Source: Candidatus Thorarchaeota archaeon (GTDB lineage: Archaea > Asgardarchaeota > Heimdallarchaeia > Hodarchaeales > Hodarchaeaceae). Taken from it: a DNA stretch of 32,000 nucleotides. The DNA is taken from positions 60,001 through 92,000 of the forward strand of contig JBHLRO010000009.1 in the NCBI GenBank assembly GCA_048882505.1. Reading direction: 5' to 3'. Each line of letters opens with the position of its first letter. Positions within the stretch are counted from its first letter, which is position 1. Positions 8,841 to 16,967 of the stretch are shown in pieces. A model generated the notes under the pieces. That model saw only the letters and a list, made by a program, of their open reading frames with translations. It was not told the origin of the DNA and made no database searches. Both the position numbers and the translations under genes were made by a program.

Positions 8841-10745
8841 TTGAGGAGATTGGCGGGGAATAAATTTATTGTAAAATCATTAGAAAATCCAGAGCTTCTT
8901 CATGAAACGCTTAAAGAAAATCAGTTTGATGTGATCGTTTCCGATTTTCAGCTTATGACATCAGAACTCAACGGATTAGACCTCTTGGAAGAGATCCGCA
9001 AAGATCCGTGGTACCAAAATATCCCCTTCATTCTTTTGACGGGTAGGGGACGAGAGGAAATTGCAATCTCTGCTTTACGCCTTGGCGCATCTGGTTATGT
9101 CAAAAAAGAGGGGAACCCAGAAACTATGTTCCAAGAGTTAATTCATACGGTGGAAACTACAGTTCACCATCATCGTATGGAACGAGAACTCCAACGCCGA
9201 AATTTGGAGCTTGAAATCTTAAATCGGATAATCTCAATTAGTCATCTTCAAAAAGATCTCGATACACTCCTTGCTGATGCCCTTGCAGTTACTATTGAGC
9301 TTTTTGATTTTATGGGCGGAGGGATTTACCTAAGTGAATGGAAACAACGAAGGGCAAGGATGAGGCACTGGTATGGGCTTTCGGAAGAGTTCGTCAAGCA
9401 GATGGCCAAAATTGATGTCGATCAACCCCCTTATGATTCTGTATTTCTAAAAGGGGAAAGTTTTGTAACAGAAGACTACCAAGCTATGTTTCCCGAATTG
9501 CCATATCAAAATATCCGTTCTATGGCTTGTATTCCATTAATGGACAAAATTTCACCCCTAGATACCCAACAGAATGTAATAGGCGCCGTATTCATCGTAA
9601 GTGAAACCCGTTTCCCTGAACACTTCAGCCATCTCCTAAGTACTATTGGAAGGGAGGTTGGATCATCTTTAAGTCATGCGTTACTCTCCATGCAGCTGAA
9701 AGAAACCTTAGATCGTTATCAAACGTTAATTGAAAAAGCACATGATGCTATCTTCATTGAAAATGCCCAAGAAGAAATTGTAGAGGTTAATCAGAGGGCA
9801 TGTGACCTTTTTGGTTATGACCGCGATCAACTATTGTCCATGAAAACCTCGGATTTACAAAAAGGGATATCGTCAGAATCAGAAATGAATCCACTTCCAA
9901 TCTATAAGAATCCAGGAGTAAGTACACCGGAGGCCATAGAAATACCGGCAGTTCATAAAGACGGGACACCATTAACTTTGGAATTGACCATAGTGGCTTT
10001 AGAAGCGCCTGAACCACTTTTTATGTCTATTGTACGTGATATCTCGGATCGAAAAAGGATGGGTATTGCTCTGCAAGCTGCGAATCGCAGACTTAATTAT
10101 ATTAATAAATTTGCACGTCTTAATTATCTAGATCAATTGTCAGCCATTTCAGGATATGTTGCTGTTCTTGAATCCGAGATGGAGAAGGATGACGAGATTA
10201 CAAGCTATTTAAAGAAGATTCGTTTTATTTCGGAAAGATTGAGAAATCAAACACGGGCAGCACAAGCAATTATGACCCAAACGGAAGAGCTGGGATTAAA
10301 AGAACCGACTTGGCAGGATCTTGAAGAATCAGTTTTCATCGCTGCATTCGTATGTAATCTCGGAAAAATAAAGCTAAATGTCAATGTAGAGGAAGTAAAA
10401 GTGCTAGGTGATCCTTTATTTCATCGAGTTTTTACTTACCTCATGGATAATTCAATCAAACACGGTAGCCACGTTACTGAGATTCGCGTAACTTCTGATA
10501 TTGATAAATCCAACGTATTTCCCACACTGAAGATCGTTTATACTGACAATGGAGTTGGTATATCTAAATCAGAAAAAGAACGTATTTTTGATATTGGATT
10601 TGGTCAAGGTACAGGATATGGTCTCTTTGTTGTCAAGGAAATTCTCGAGGTGACTGGTATGTCGATTTGCGAGCGCGGTGTGCCCGAAAAAGGAGTTCAA
10701 TTTGAGATCACGGTGGACTCAAACCACTACAGGCTGAAATCCTAG
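8841..10745 (+). CDS. Hybrid sensor protein REC-GAF-PAS-HisKA-like-HATPase_c; the true start lies upstream of 8841 and the H-box His is absent
   Basis: Receiver motifs VIVSDFQL, ILLTGRG and GYVKK; GAF (GGGIYL...SMACIPL); PAS (HDAIFI...VNQRACDLFGY); HATPase N/G1/F/G2 boxes (DNSIKHG, DNGVGI, IFDIGF, GTGYGL). In-frame RINLLHIDDDLSFLEL is encoded from 8781. Confidence 0.9.
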   Translation: MRRLAGNKFIVKSLENPELLHETLKENQFDVIVSDFQLMTSELNGLDLLEEIRKDPWYQNIPFILLTGRGREEIAISALRLGASGYVKKEGNPETMFQELIHTVETTVHHHRMERELQRRNLELEILNRIISISHLQKDLDTLLADALAVTIELFDFMGGGIYLSEWKQRRARMRHWYGLSEEFVKQMAKIDVDQPPYDSVFLKGESFVTEDYQAMFPELPYQNIRSMACIPLMDKISPLDTQQNVIGAVFIVSETRFPEHFSHLLSTIGREVGSSLSHALLSMQLKETLDRYQTLIEKAHDAIFIENAQEEIVEVNQRACDLFGYDRDQLLSMKTSDLQKGISSESEMNPLPIYKNPGVSTPEAIEIPAVHKDGTPLTLELTIVALEAPEPLFMSIVRDISDRKRMGIALQAANRRLNYINKFARLNYLDQLSAISGYVAVLESEMEKDDEITSYLKKIRFISERLRNQTRAAQAIMTQTEELGLKEPTWQDLEESVFIAAFVCNLGKIKLNVNVEEVKVLGDPLFHRVFTYLMDNSIKHGSHVTEIRVTSDIDKSNVFPTLKIVYTDNGVGISKSEKERIFDIGFGQGTGYGLFVVKEILEVTGMSICERGVPEKGVQFEITVDSNHYRLKS

Positions 10746-10797
10746 AAAATCCAAGATAACATCCCAAAAGCCCCCGTGGATAAATGGTGAATCTAAA

Positions 10798-11844
10798 GTG
10801 ATGGTTCAAGAAAATTTCGCCCTGTTCGTTGAAGGCACAGATGTACGTTGGTCTTTTGGTAATCCAAGCGATGATTTCGTTGAAATCGTCTCTAATTTCC
10901 TAATGGGACTATCCTCATTAGGACAGGAATTTTTTGGAGAGGGTATTGCTTCAATAACGTTCGATCGAAGAAGATACAGTGGTATTAAGGCGAGTGAAAT
11001 CTTCATAGTATCATTGGAAGATAGATTCTTCCTCATTATCAGTGACCCGGCAGTTACTTTACTTTTGATAACAGCCAGTGGGGGAATTCCCTCTGAAATC
11101 AAGGATATTATGCGAGCTGTTCTAATCGGACAGGCCTCAATTCTATATTCCCGGGCAATTGTGGATGCAGATCCGGAAGCAAAAAGGCAGATCGATACTC
11201 ATTTTCAAGAGATTCTGCTAGATCTTAATGAACGTTTCCGCCATACACCTGTAGTAGGACCTTACGGGAGTCATTTTTCAATTTTAAACTTTGAAGAAGC
11301 GTTATTATTGCATTATTACCTTAGAAAACATGCAGAAAAACGGATAGCCGCCCCTGCAGGCCGAGTGATTATTGCCAATCTTGAAGGTTGGAAGATTCCT
11401 CTGGCTTATGGTACGGGTATGGACGAGCGTTCTGGAGTATGGGCTGGCTTTTTTGCAGCAATTATTGGATTTATCCAAACATTATTTGACTCGAAGCCTA
11501 AATATATAACCTTTGGGAGTACGGAGCTTCACAAGTTACGTTTTATTTATGGGGAGAAGCATTTTATGGCGTTAGATACGAGTATAGTGTCTGACTTGCT
11601 TTTACGTAAGGCTTTTCGTACAGAATTGTTCGGAATTAATTATGGTATTCTAAAGGACATTTCAAATGGTGTCAAATCTCTGATTATCGAGGAAATTCAA
11701 ACATATTCTGAAGATAAGTTGAATGAACTATCAGTGGAAACATTGATAGACACTTATGCAGGCGAGGATCAATTATTGGACCTGACGATAGATGAGAGGG
11801 TTTTAAAAATTTGGGGAAAACTTCTAATTAAATATCAGAAATAG
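10798..11844 (+). CDS. Asgard-type protein with two longin-like domains
   Basis: Two copies of a strand-strand-helix-strands pattern: FALFVEGTDVRW...SNFLMGLSSLGQEFFGEGIASITF and VIIANLEGWKIPL...AGFFAAIIGFIQTLFDSKPKYITF. ATG at 10801 is an alternative start. Confidence 0.55.
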   Translation: MMVQENFALFVEGTDVRWSFGNPSDDFVEIVSNFLMGLSSLGQEFFGEGIASITFDRRRYSGIKASEIFIVSLEDRFFLIISDPAVTLLLITASGGIPSEIKDIMRAVLIGQASILYSRAIVDADPEAKRQIDTHFQEILLDLNERFRHTPVVGPYGSHFSILNFEEALLLHYYLRKHAEKRIAAPAGRVIIANLEGWKIPLAYGTGMDERSGVWAGFFAAIIGFIQTLFDSKPKYITFGSTELHKLRFIYGEKHFMALDTSIVSDLLLRKAFRTELFGINYGILKDISNGVKSLIIEEIQTYSEDKLNELSVETLIDTYAGEDQLLDLTIDERVLKIWGKLLIKYQK

Positions 11845-11879
11845 ATTTCTTTTTTAGTATACGCTCGGGATGGGGGCCC

Positions 11880-12659
11880 ATGCGCGTTACTGAGCTTTTT
11901 GATTTAACAGGTACTCGAGGACTAGTGACGGGTGGTGCAACGGGAATTGGCTTTACTATGGCTCAAGGTTTAGTAGAAGCCGGCGCAGATGTAGCAATAT
12001 GCGGACGGGGCCGGCATGGTTCCCTTGAGGAGGCTTTGACAAAACTTTCTGAGTTTGGTACAGAAGTGATCGGTAAGAAATGTGATGTGAGTATTGAAGA
12101 TGATGTTAAACAAATGATTACCGAGCTAGCAGACCAGGGATTCAGTTTGAATACAGTAGTTAATAACGCTGGCATTTCTTGGGGATGTCCTTCAGAAAAA
12201 CTCCCTCTTAACGATTTTACCAAGGTCATTGCCGTAAATCTCACGGGAACATTCTTTGTTTCACGAGAAACAGCCAAAAAGTTCATGATACCTAACCAAT
12301 CCGGTTCAATCATCAATATTTCTAGTACATCGGGCTTTCTTGGAGGGGAAATAGGGATTGCTGGATATTCTGCAAGTAAAGCGGGTGTATTGGGATTAAC
12401 TCGACAATTAGCCATCGAATGGGTTATACATGGCATCAGGGTAAATGCCATCTGCCCAAGTTGGTTTCCATCTTATATGAGTCGCCATTTCACTGGAAAA
12501 GAATCGCCTGTTCGGAATGCCCTGATGGCTGAGAACCCCATGGGTCGTTTCGGGAACCCTTGGGAATTAAAGGGAGTGATTGTATTTCTTGCGTCAAAAG
12601 CTTCGAGTTATATCAATGGTGTTGCCATTCCTGTTGATGGAGGTTTATTGGCGAAATGA
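11880..12659 (+). CDS. Classical short-chain dehydrogenase/reductase (FabG/gluconate 5-dehydrogenase-like)
   Basis: TGGATGIG, NNAG, YSASK, GIRVNAICP and IPVDGG motifs. Confidence 0.93.
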   Translation: MRVTELFDLTGTRGLVTGGATGIGFTMAQGLVEAGADVAICGRGRHGSLEEALTKLSEFGTEVIGKKCDVSIEDDVKQMITELADQGFSLNTVVNNAGISWGCPSEKLPLNDFTKVIAVNLTGTFFVSRETAKKFMIPNQSGSIINISSTSGFLGGEIGIAGYSASKAGVLGLTRQLAIEWVIHGIRVNAICPSWFPSYMSRHFTGKESPVRNALMAENPMGRFGNPWELKGVIVFLASKASSYINGVAIPVDGGLLAK

Positions 12660-13453
12660 CCACAGTGCTCGACCTATTCAAACTTGACGGTCAATCCGCA
12701 CTAGTCACAGGGGGAGCAAAAGGCCTTGGAACGAAAATTAATGAGGGGCTATTAGAAGCTGGAGTTGAAAACCTGTTCTTCTGCGGACGAGGTAAACACG
12801 GGTCGCTCCACAAGGAGGAAGAGCGTTTGAGAGGTCTCTTCCCCCAGGCCGGAATCCAGGGTATTGAGTGTGATATTACTGACGAAAATCAGGTTGGGAA
12901 ATTAACCAATCGAATCAGAGAACTGGGATTTATGATTTCAATCCTAGTGAATTCAGCAGGTGCTACATGGGCTGCTCCTTCCGTTGATCAAACCCTCAAA
13001 ACATGGCACCGTGCCCTTGACGTGAATCTCACAGGAGCTTTCCTTGTAACACGTGATATAGCTAGAACCTTTATGATACCTGCGAGAAAGGGTAGTGTAA
13101 TTAACATCAGTTCAATCCTCGCCCTTGTTGGTAATGCTGAACTGGCCCAGGTGGGATATTCCGCCAGTAAAAGTGCTCTTTGTGGGCTTACGCGGCAATT
13201 GGCGATAGAATTCGCAGATCGTGGAATTCGAGTTAACGCAATTTTACCCAGCTTCGTAGAAGGTGATTCGATGGCTAAAGCATTCACACATCCTGAAAGT
13301 CCAGTTAGGAAAACCCTCTTGGAAATGATCCCACTGAAACGTTTTGCCCGTGCTGACGATCTAAAGGCAATTGTGTGCTTTCTAGCCTCCGAGGCTTCCG
13401 GTTATATCTCGGGACAAAATCTAGTATTAGATGGTGGCTATACTCTCCGTTGA
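12656..13453 (+). CDS. Classical short-chain dehydrogenase/reductase, tandem paralogue of the preceding gene
   Basis: TGGAKGLG, NSAG, YSASK, GIRVNAILP and LVLDGG motifs. ATGA overlap with the previous stop. Confidence 0.93.
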   Translation: MTTVLDLFKLDGQSALVTGGAKGLGTKINEGLLEAGVENLFFCGRGKHGSLHKEEERLRGLFPQAGIQGIECDITDENQVGKLTNRIRELGFMISILVNSAGATWAAPSVDQTLKTWHRALDVNLTGAFLVTRDIARTFMIPARKGSVINISSILALVGNAELAQVGYSASKSALCGLTRQLAIEFADRGIRVNAILPSFVEGDSMAKAFTHPESPVRKTLLEMIPLKRFARADDLKAIVCFLASEASGYISGQNLVLDGGYTLR

Positions 13454-13515
13454 AACGGGACGGAAAAGTATGATAAGGGGAATACCATTCACCAGGTAAA
13501 GGACTTGGATTTTGG

Positions 13516-14625
13516 TTGAATATGCTCGAACTCCTTGAGAAATATCCAGACGCACTAAGAAAACTCCGAAAACATGATCGCCCTCTCCTGGGTTATTTCA
13601 CGAATCGTATCCCGGTCGAAATCCTCCATGCTTTAGGAATAATTCCCATACGTATGCTAACCCATGGGTTCAAGAATCAAGGAGCCTCAGATCGATATAT
13701 CCAGACCTTTGGATGTGAATATTTATGTACAATAATGGATATCGGGTTAGCGGAAGGTTTTGACGTACTAGACGGAATTATATTTAGTACGGGAACTTGT
13801 GATTCACTTCAGAATGTTTCGGACATATGGAGGAAAGTTTTCCCCGCCCATTGGGCCATCAATTTAACATTCCCTGTAAATATAAAGGGTAATTTACCCG
13901 TCAAATTCTTGACAGCTGAATTTCAACGGTTTATCGAGACCGTAAGTCGGCATTTCAAACTAGATTATGCCCTTACACACCAAGGCGATCTCGATTTAAC
14001 ATCATCACTCAAAAAATATAATAAAAAACGTGAACTCCTCCGTGAACTTGCAACTTTGGTTTCAAATCGAAATCTTGCATACCAAGCGTTTGCGAAATAT
14101 TCGCTTCTGGGAGATATTATACCAGTGGAGCAATTCGTCTCATTTCTCCAGGAGAAAATGGAGGATGAAAAACACTACCCCCCAGTACAGATTAGTTCAC
14201 CCAGGCTATTGATAACTGGAGGAATGGGATTCGACAATTATCAGCTTTGGCAACTTCCAGAATTTGATCACCTGGTTGCAGATGACTTTTCGTTTGGAAC
14301 AAGAAATTTCAATTTCAACATTCCGCCGGGGGCGTCGCTCGAAACCTTTGTTAAATCCTATCTAGATCGAGTTCCAGATCCTACCGCCTATGATTTAGAT
14401 CGCAGAGAATCACACCTCACAAATCTGATCCGAAAACACAAGATTGATGGTGTAGTATTGCTTGGAACAAAGTGGTGTGATCCGGACGCTTTTGAATTCG
14501 TTCCTCTAATGAATATATTAAAGGAAAATGGGGTACCTTTTATAAGTATCGAGACGAGTTCCGATCTTGCAAACTTGCAGCAGATCAAAACGCGCATGAG
14601 GGCCTTCATTGAAATGTTGACTTGA
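13516..14625 (+). CDS. 2-hydroxyacyl-CoA dehydratase / benzoyl-CoA reductase family subunit (HgdB/BcrC-like)
   Basis: PVEILHALG, FGCEY, TCDSLQN, VADD and DGVVLLGTKWCDP motifs, ending QIKTRMRAFIEM. Confidence 0.88.
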   Translation: MNMLELLEKYPDALRKLRKHDRPLLGYFTNRIPVEILHALGIIPIRMLTHGFKNQGASDRYIQTFGCEYLCTIMDIGLAEGFDVLDGIIFSTGTCDSLQNVSDIWRKVFPAHWAINLTFPVNIKGNLPVKFLTAEFQRFIETVSRHFKLDYALTHQGDLDLTSSLKKYNKKRELLRELATLVSNRNLAYQAFAKYSLLGDIIPVEQFVSFLQEKMEDEKHYPPVQISSPRLLITGGMGFDNYQLWQLPEFDHLVADDFSFGTRNFNFNIPPGASLETFVKSYLDRVPDPTAYDLDRRESHLTNLIRKHKIDGVVLLGTKWCDPDAFEFVPLMNILKENGVPFISIETSSDLANLQQIKTRMRAFIEMLT

Positions 14626-14648
14626 TGGCACTCCTAGGAGGAAATGAT

Positions 14649-15911
14649 ATGAGCTCGAATGACAAAAAACGGGTTTATCGCCCCTTAAAAAGCCTTCAAA
14701 GTGTAAAAAACCATATGGCCATGTATTATTTCCAAAGCAAGAATCCATATCTTCACGATGAGGGGAAAAAAGTCGCGTGGGTGACCTCAGGAGGCCCTGT
14801 TGAATTTCTCATTGCCATGAACATTATTCCGCTTTATCCTGAGCAATATGGTGCGATTGCAGGGAGTGCCAAAGATTCTACGCGATTGGTTCAGGTAGCA
14901 GAAGCGCATGGTTACAGCCCCGATCTTTGTTCCTATGCCAGAACCTCATTTGGAAGTGTTTATTCTCCTGATCCTCCCACTCCTCTCTCAGAGATTGATG
15001 GTGCTGGTGGGCTCCAAAAGCCAGATATGTTAATTTGTGGTAATAATATCTGTGGAACCGTACTTAAGTGGTATCAAGACATCGCACGTCACTGGAACAT
15101 CCCCATGTTTCTATTTGATACACCTCCCCTGGCTAATGAGACAGTTCCATCATATTACCTAGAATATGTAATCCAACAACTCGAAAATTATGTCAATTTT
15201 TTGGAAATTCAGATGGGGAATAAAATGGATTCAGAAAAACTCGAAGAAGCCTTTCTATTCTCCAGACAAGCGGTGGAACTATGGAGTACAATTCTGGAGC
15301 TGTGTACAAACAAACCAAGCCCCTTGAACTGCGCTGATAGGTTCTTACTTATGGCCCCCGTTGTAGCGCAGCGCGGAACCAGAGAGATCGTACCAATTTA
15401 TGAGGAGGTGTTAGCTGAAGTCCAGAATCGAGTTGATCATAACCTGGGAGCGATTACGGTGCCAGAAAGGTATCGTCTCCTCTGGGATAACATCCCAATT
15501 TGGTTCAATATCTTTTCGTTCTTTAATAGTCTTGCAGCAAAAGGAGTGGTCTTTCCTGCCGACACATACACTAACGCTTGGAGACAAGCCTTCAGCAAGG
15601 AATCAGGAGACGTAATTCGTGATGCAGCGTTAGCATATTCTACAATATATCTTAATAAGACACTTCAACATAAAATTGATTTGATTGAAGAACTAGCTAC
15701 CCGTTTTCACTGTGATGGTGTCCTTTACCATTCGATGAGGAGTTGTAAGCGTTACAGTTTGGGTCAACCCATCACACGGCGCGAAGTGACCATGAAAACA
15801 GGATTGAACGGAGTCCTAATAGAGGGTGACATGTGTGACACTCGTTCTTTTTCTGAGGAGCAGGCCTGGACAAGGATTGAAGCCTTATTGGAACTAATCC
15901 AAAATTCCTAG
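14649..15911 (+). CDS. 2-hydroxyacyl-CoA dehydratase / benzoyl-CoA reductase family subunit (HgdA/BcrB-like)
   Basis: GYSPDLCSY, KPDMLICGNNICGTVLKWY, RLLWDNIPIW, DGVLYHSMRSCK and IEGDMCD motifs. ATG 14649 chosen because AGGAGG (14636-14641) lies 7 nt upstream. Confidence 0.88.
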   Translation: MSSNDKKRVYRPLKSLQSVKNHMAMYYFQSKNPYLHDEGKKVAWVTSGGPVEFLIAMNIIPLYPEQYGAIAGSAKDSTRLVQVAEAHGYSPDLCSYARTSFGSVYSPDPPTPLSEIDGAGGLQKPDMLICGNNICGTVLKWYQDIARHWNIPMFLFDTPPLANETVPSYYLEYVIQQLENYVNFLEIQMGNKMDSEKLEEAFLFSRQAVELWSTILELCTNKPSPLNCADRFLLMAPVVAQRGTREIVPIYEEVLAEVQNRVDHNLGAITVPERYRLLWDNIPIWFNIFSFFNSLAAKGVVFPADTYTNAWRQAFSKESGDVIRDAALAYSTIYLNKTLQHKIDLIEELATRFHCDGVLYHSMRSCKRYSLGQPITRREVTMKTGLNGVLIEGDMCDTRSFSEEQAWTRIEALLELIQNS

Positions 15912-15920
15912 ATAAATAAC

Positions 15921-16499
15921 CTAATCGTCCACAACAATTGCGGCAAAATTGAAATCTGACCATATTCGCTCCGCGAGCGTACGGAATGCTTTGGTTACGT
16001 TTTCTCCAGTAAGAGCTGAAGTTTCCACATACTCAACCTTCCCAAATTCGGGAGCCTGTAGTTTTTCCCTGATGAACTTTTCAGCGAAATCCGCTGAAAC
16101 TGTATTTTCTTCCGTAGAGCGAAGATCGATTTTGTTACCCAATACAACTACTGCAATCTGATCTGATCCAGAATGTTGAATCAACTCTTCCTTCCATGTT
16201 TTCAGGTTATTCAGGGATCCTTCATTTGTCACATCAAAGCATAGTAGCGCGCCCACCGCCCGGCGATAGTACATGGTCCGGATCTGTTTGAAGGAAGGTT
16301 GTCCTGCTAAATCCCAAATTTGGAAGCGCAATTCCTTCGTTCCACCTTCAGTTTCTAGGTAGACAATCTTTGATACAAAATCTGATCCCAACGTAGGAAG
16401 ATAATCTGTTCCAAATCCTTTCCCAATAAAATCGTTACGAAGGCTTGTTTTACCCACGCCCCCATCGCCTATTAATACGACCTTCGCCAATAACGCCAT
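15921..16499 (-). CDS. Rab-like small GTPase
   Basis: G1 GDGGVGKT, G2 YLPTLG, G3 WDLAGQ, MYYRRA, G4 NKID, G5 SAL. No C-terminal Cys. AAGGAGA lies upstream on the minus strand. Confidence 0.95.
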   Translation of the reverse strand: MALLAKVVLIGDGGVGKTSLRNDFIGKGFGTDYLPTLGSDFVSKIVYLETEGGTKELRFQIWDLAGQPSFKQIRTMYYRRAVGALLCFDVTNEGSLNNLKTWKEELIQHSGSDQIAVVVLGNKIDLRSTEENTVSADFAEKFIREKLQAPEFGKVEYVETSALTGENVTKAFRTLAERIWSDFNFAAIVVDD

Positions 16500-16967
16500 A
16501 ATCGAATCAGATTCTCCTTAGTTGCTTCATTTTCTTGGCCTAGCAATTCTTGGCTGATTGACTCTGGAAAAAACAAACATTAACGGATAAATCAAGAAAT
16601 TCCCTAGAGCACATATGGAATTCTAGTATTTAATAGCACTAGGATTTAAAGGAATAAAAAACTATTCATTCCAATTCGTGTACTGTGGCATTTAGGGATT
16701 TCTTCATATCTTTCCTCTCTATTCATGGAAAATGACAATAGAGGGCTTTTTTGTAAGGGAATTATATCATTTAATCCGTTATTCCTAGAAACGTCTAAAT
16801 CAAGGAGTTTTTACACAAGAAGAAACTTCCATGGCAATAAAACCCTCAATCGATTTTCCAATAACAAAGATCAGTCAATTTTTTTGGTCTAGACACTATC
16901 ACTACTTTTGGATTTCAAATTGGAGAATTCTTCACCTCACTGGAAGCGATCCGCACAAAGAAAGACT

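Noticed and set aside
14631-14640. Perfect palindrome CTCCTAGGAG overlapping the SD of the second dehydratase subunit
   Set aside because: It has no loop, so it cannot fold as written. Its resemblance to the hairpin at 8712-8725 is probably coincidental.
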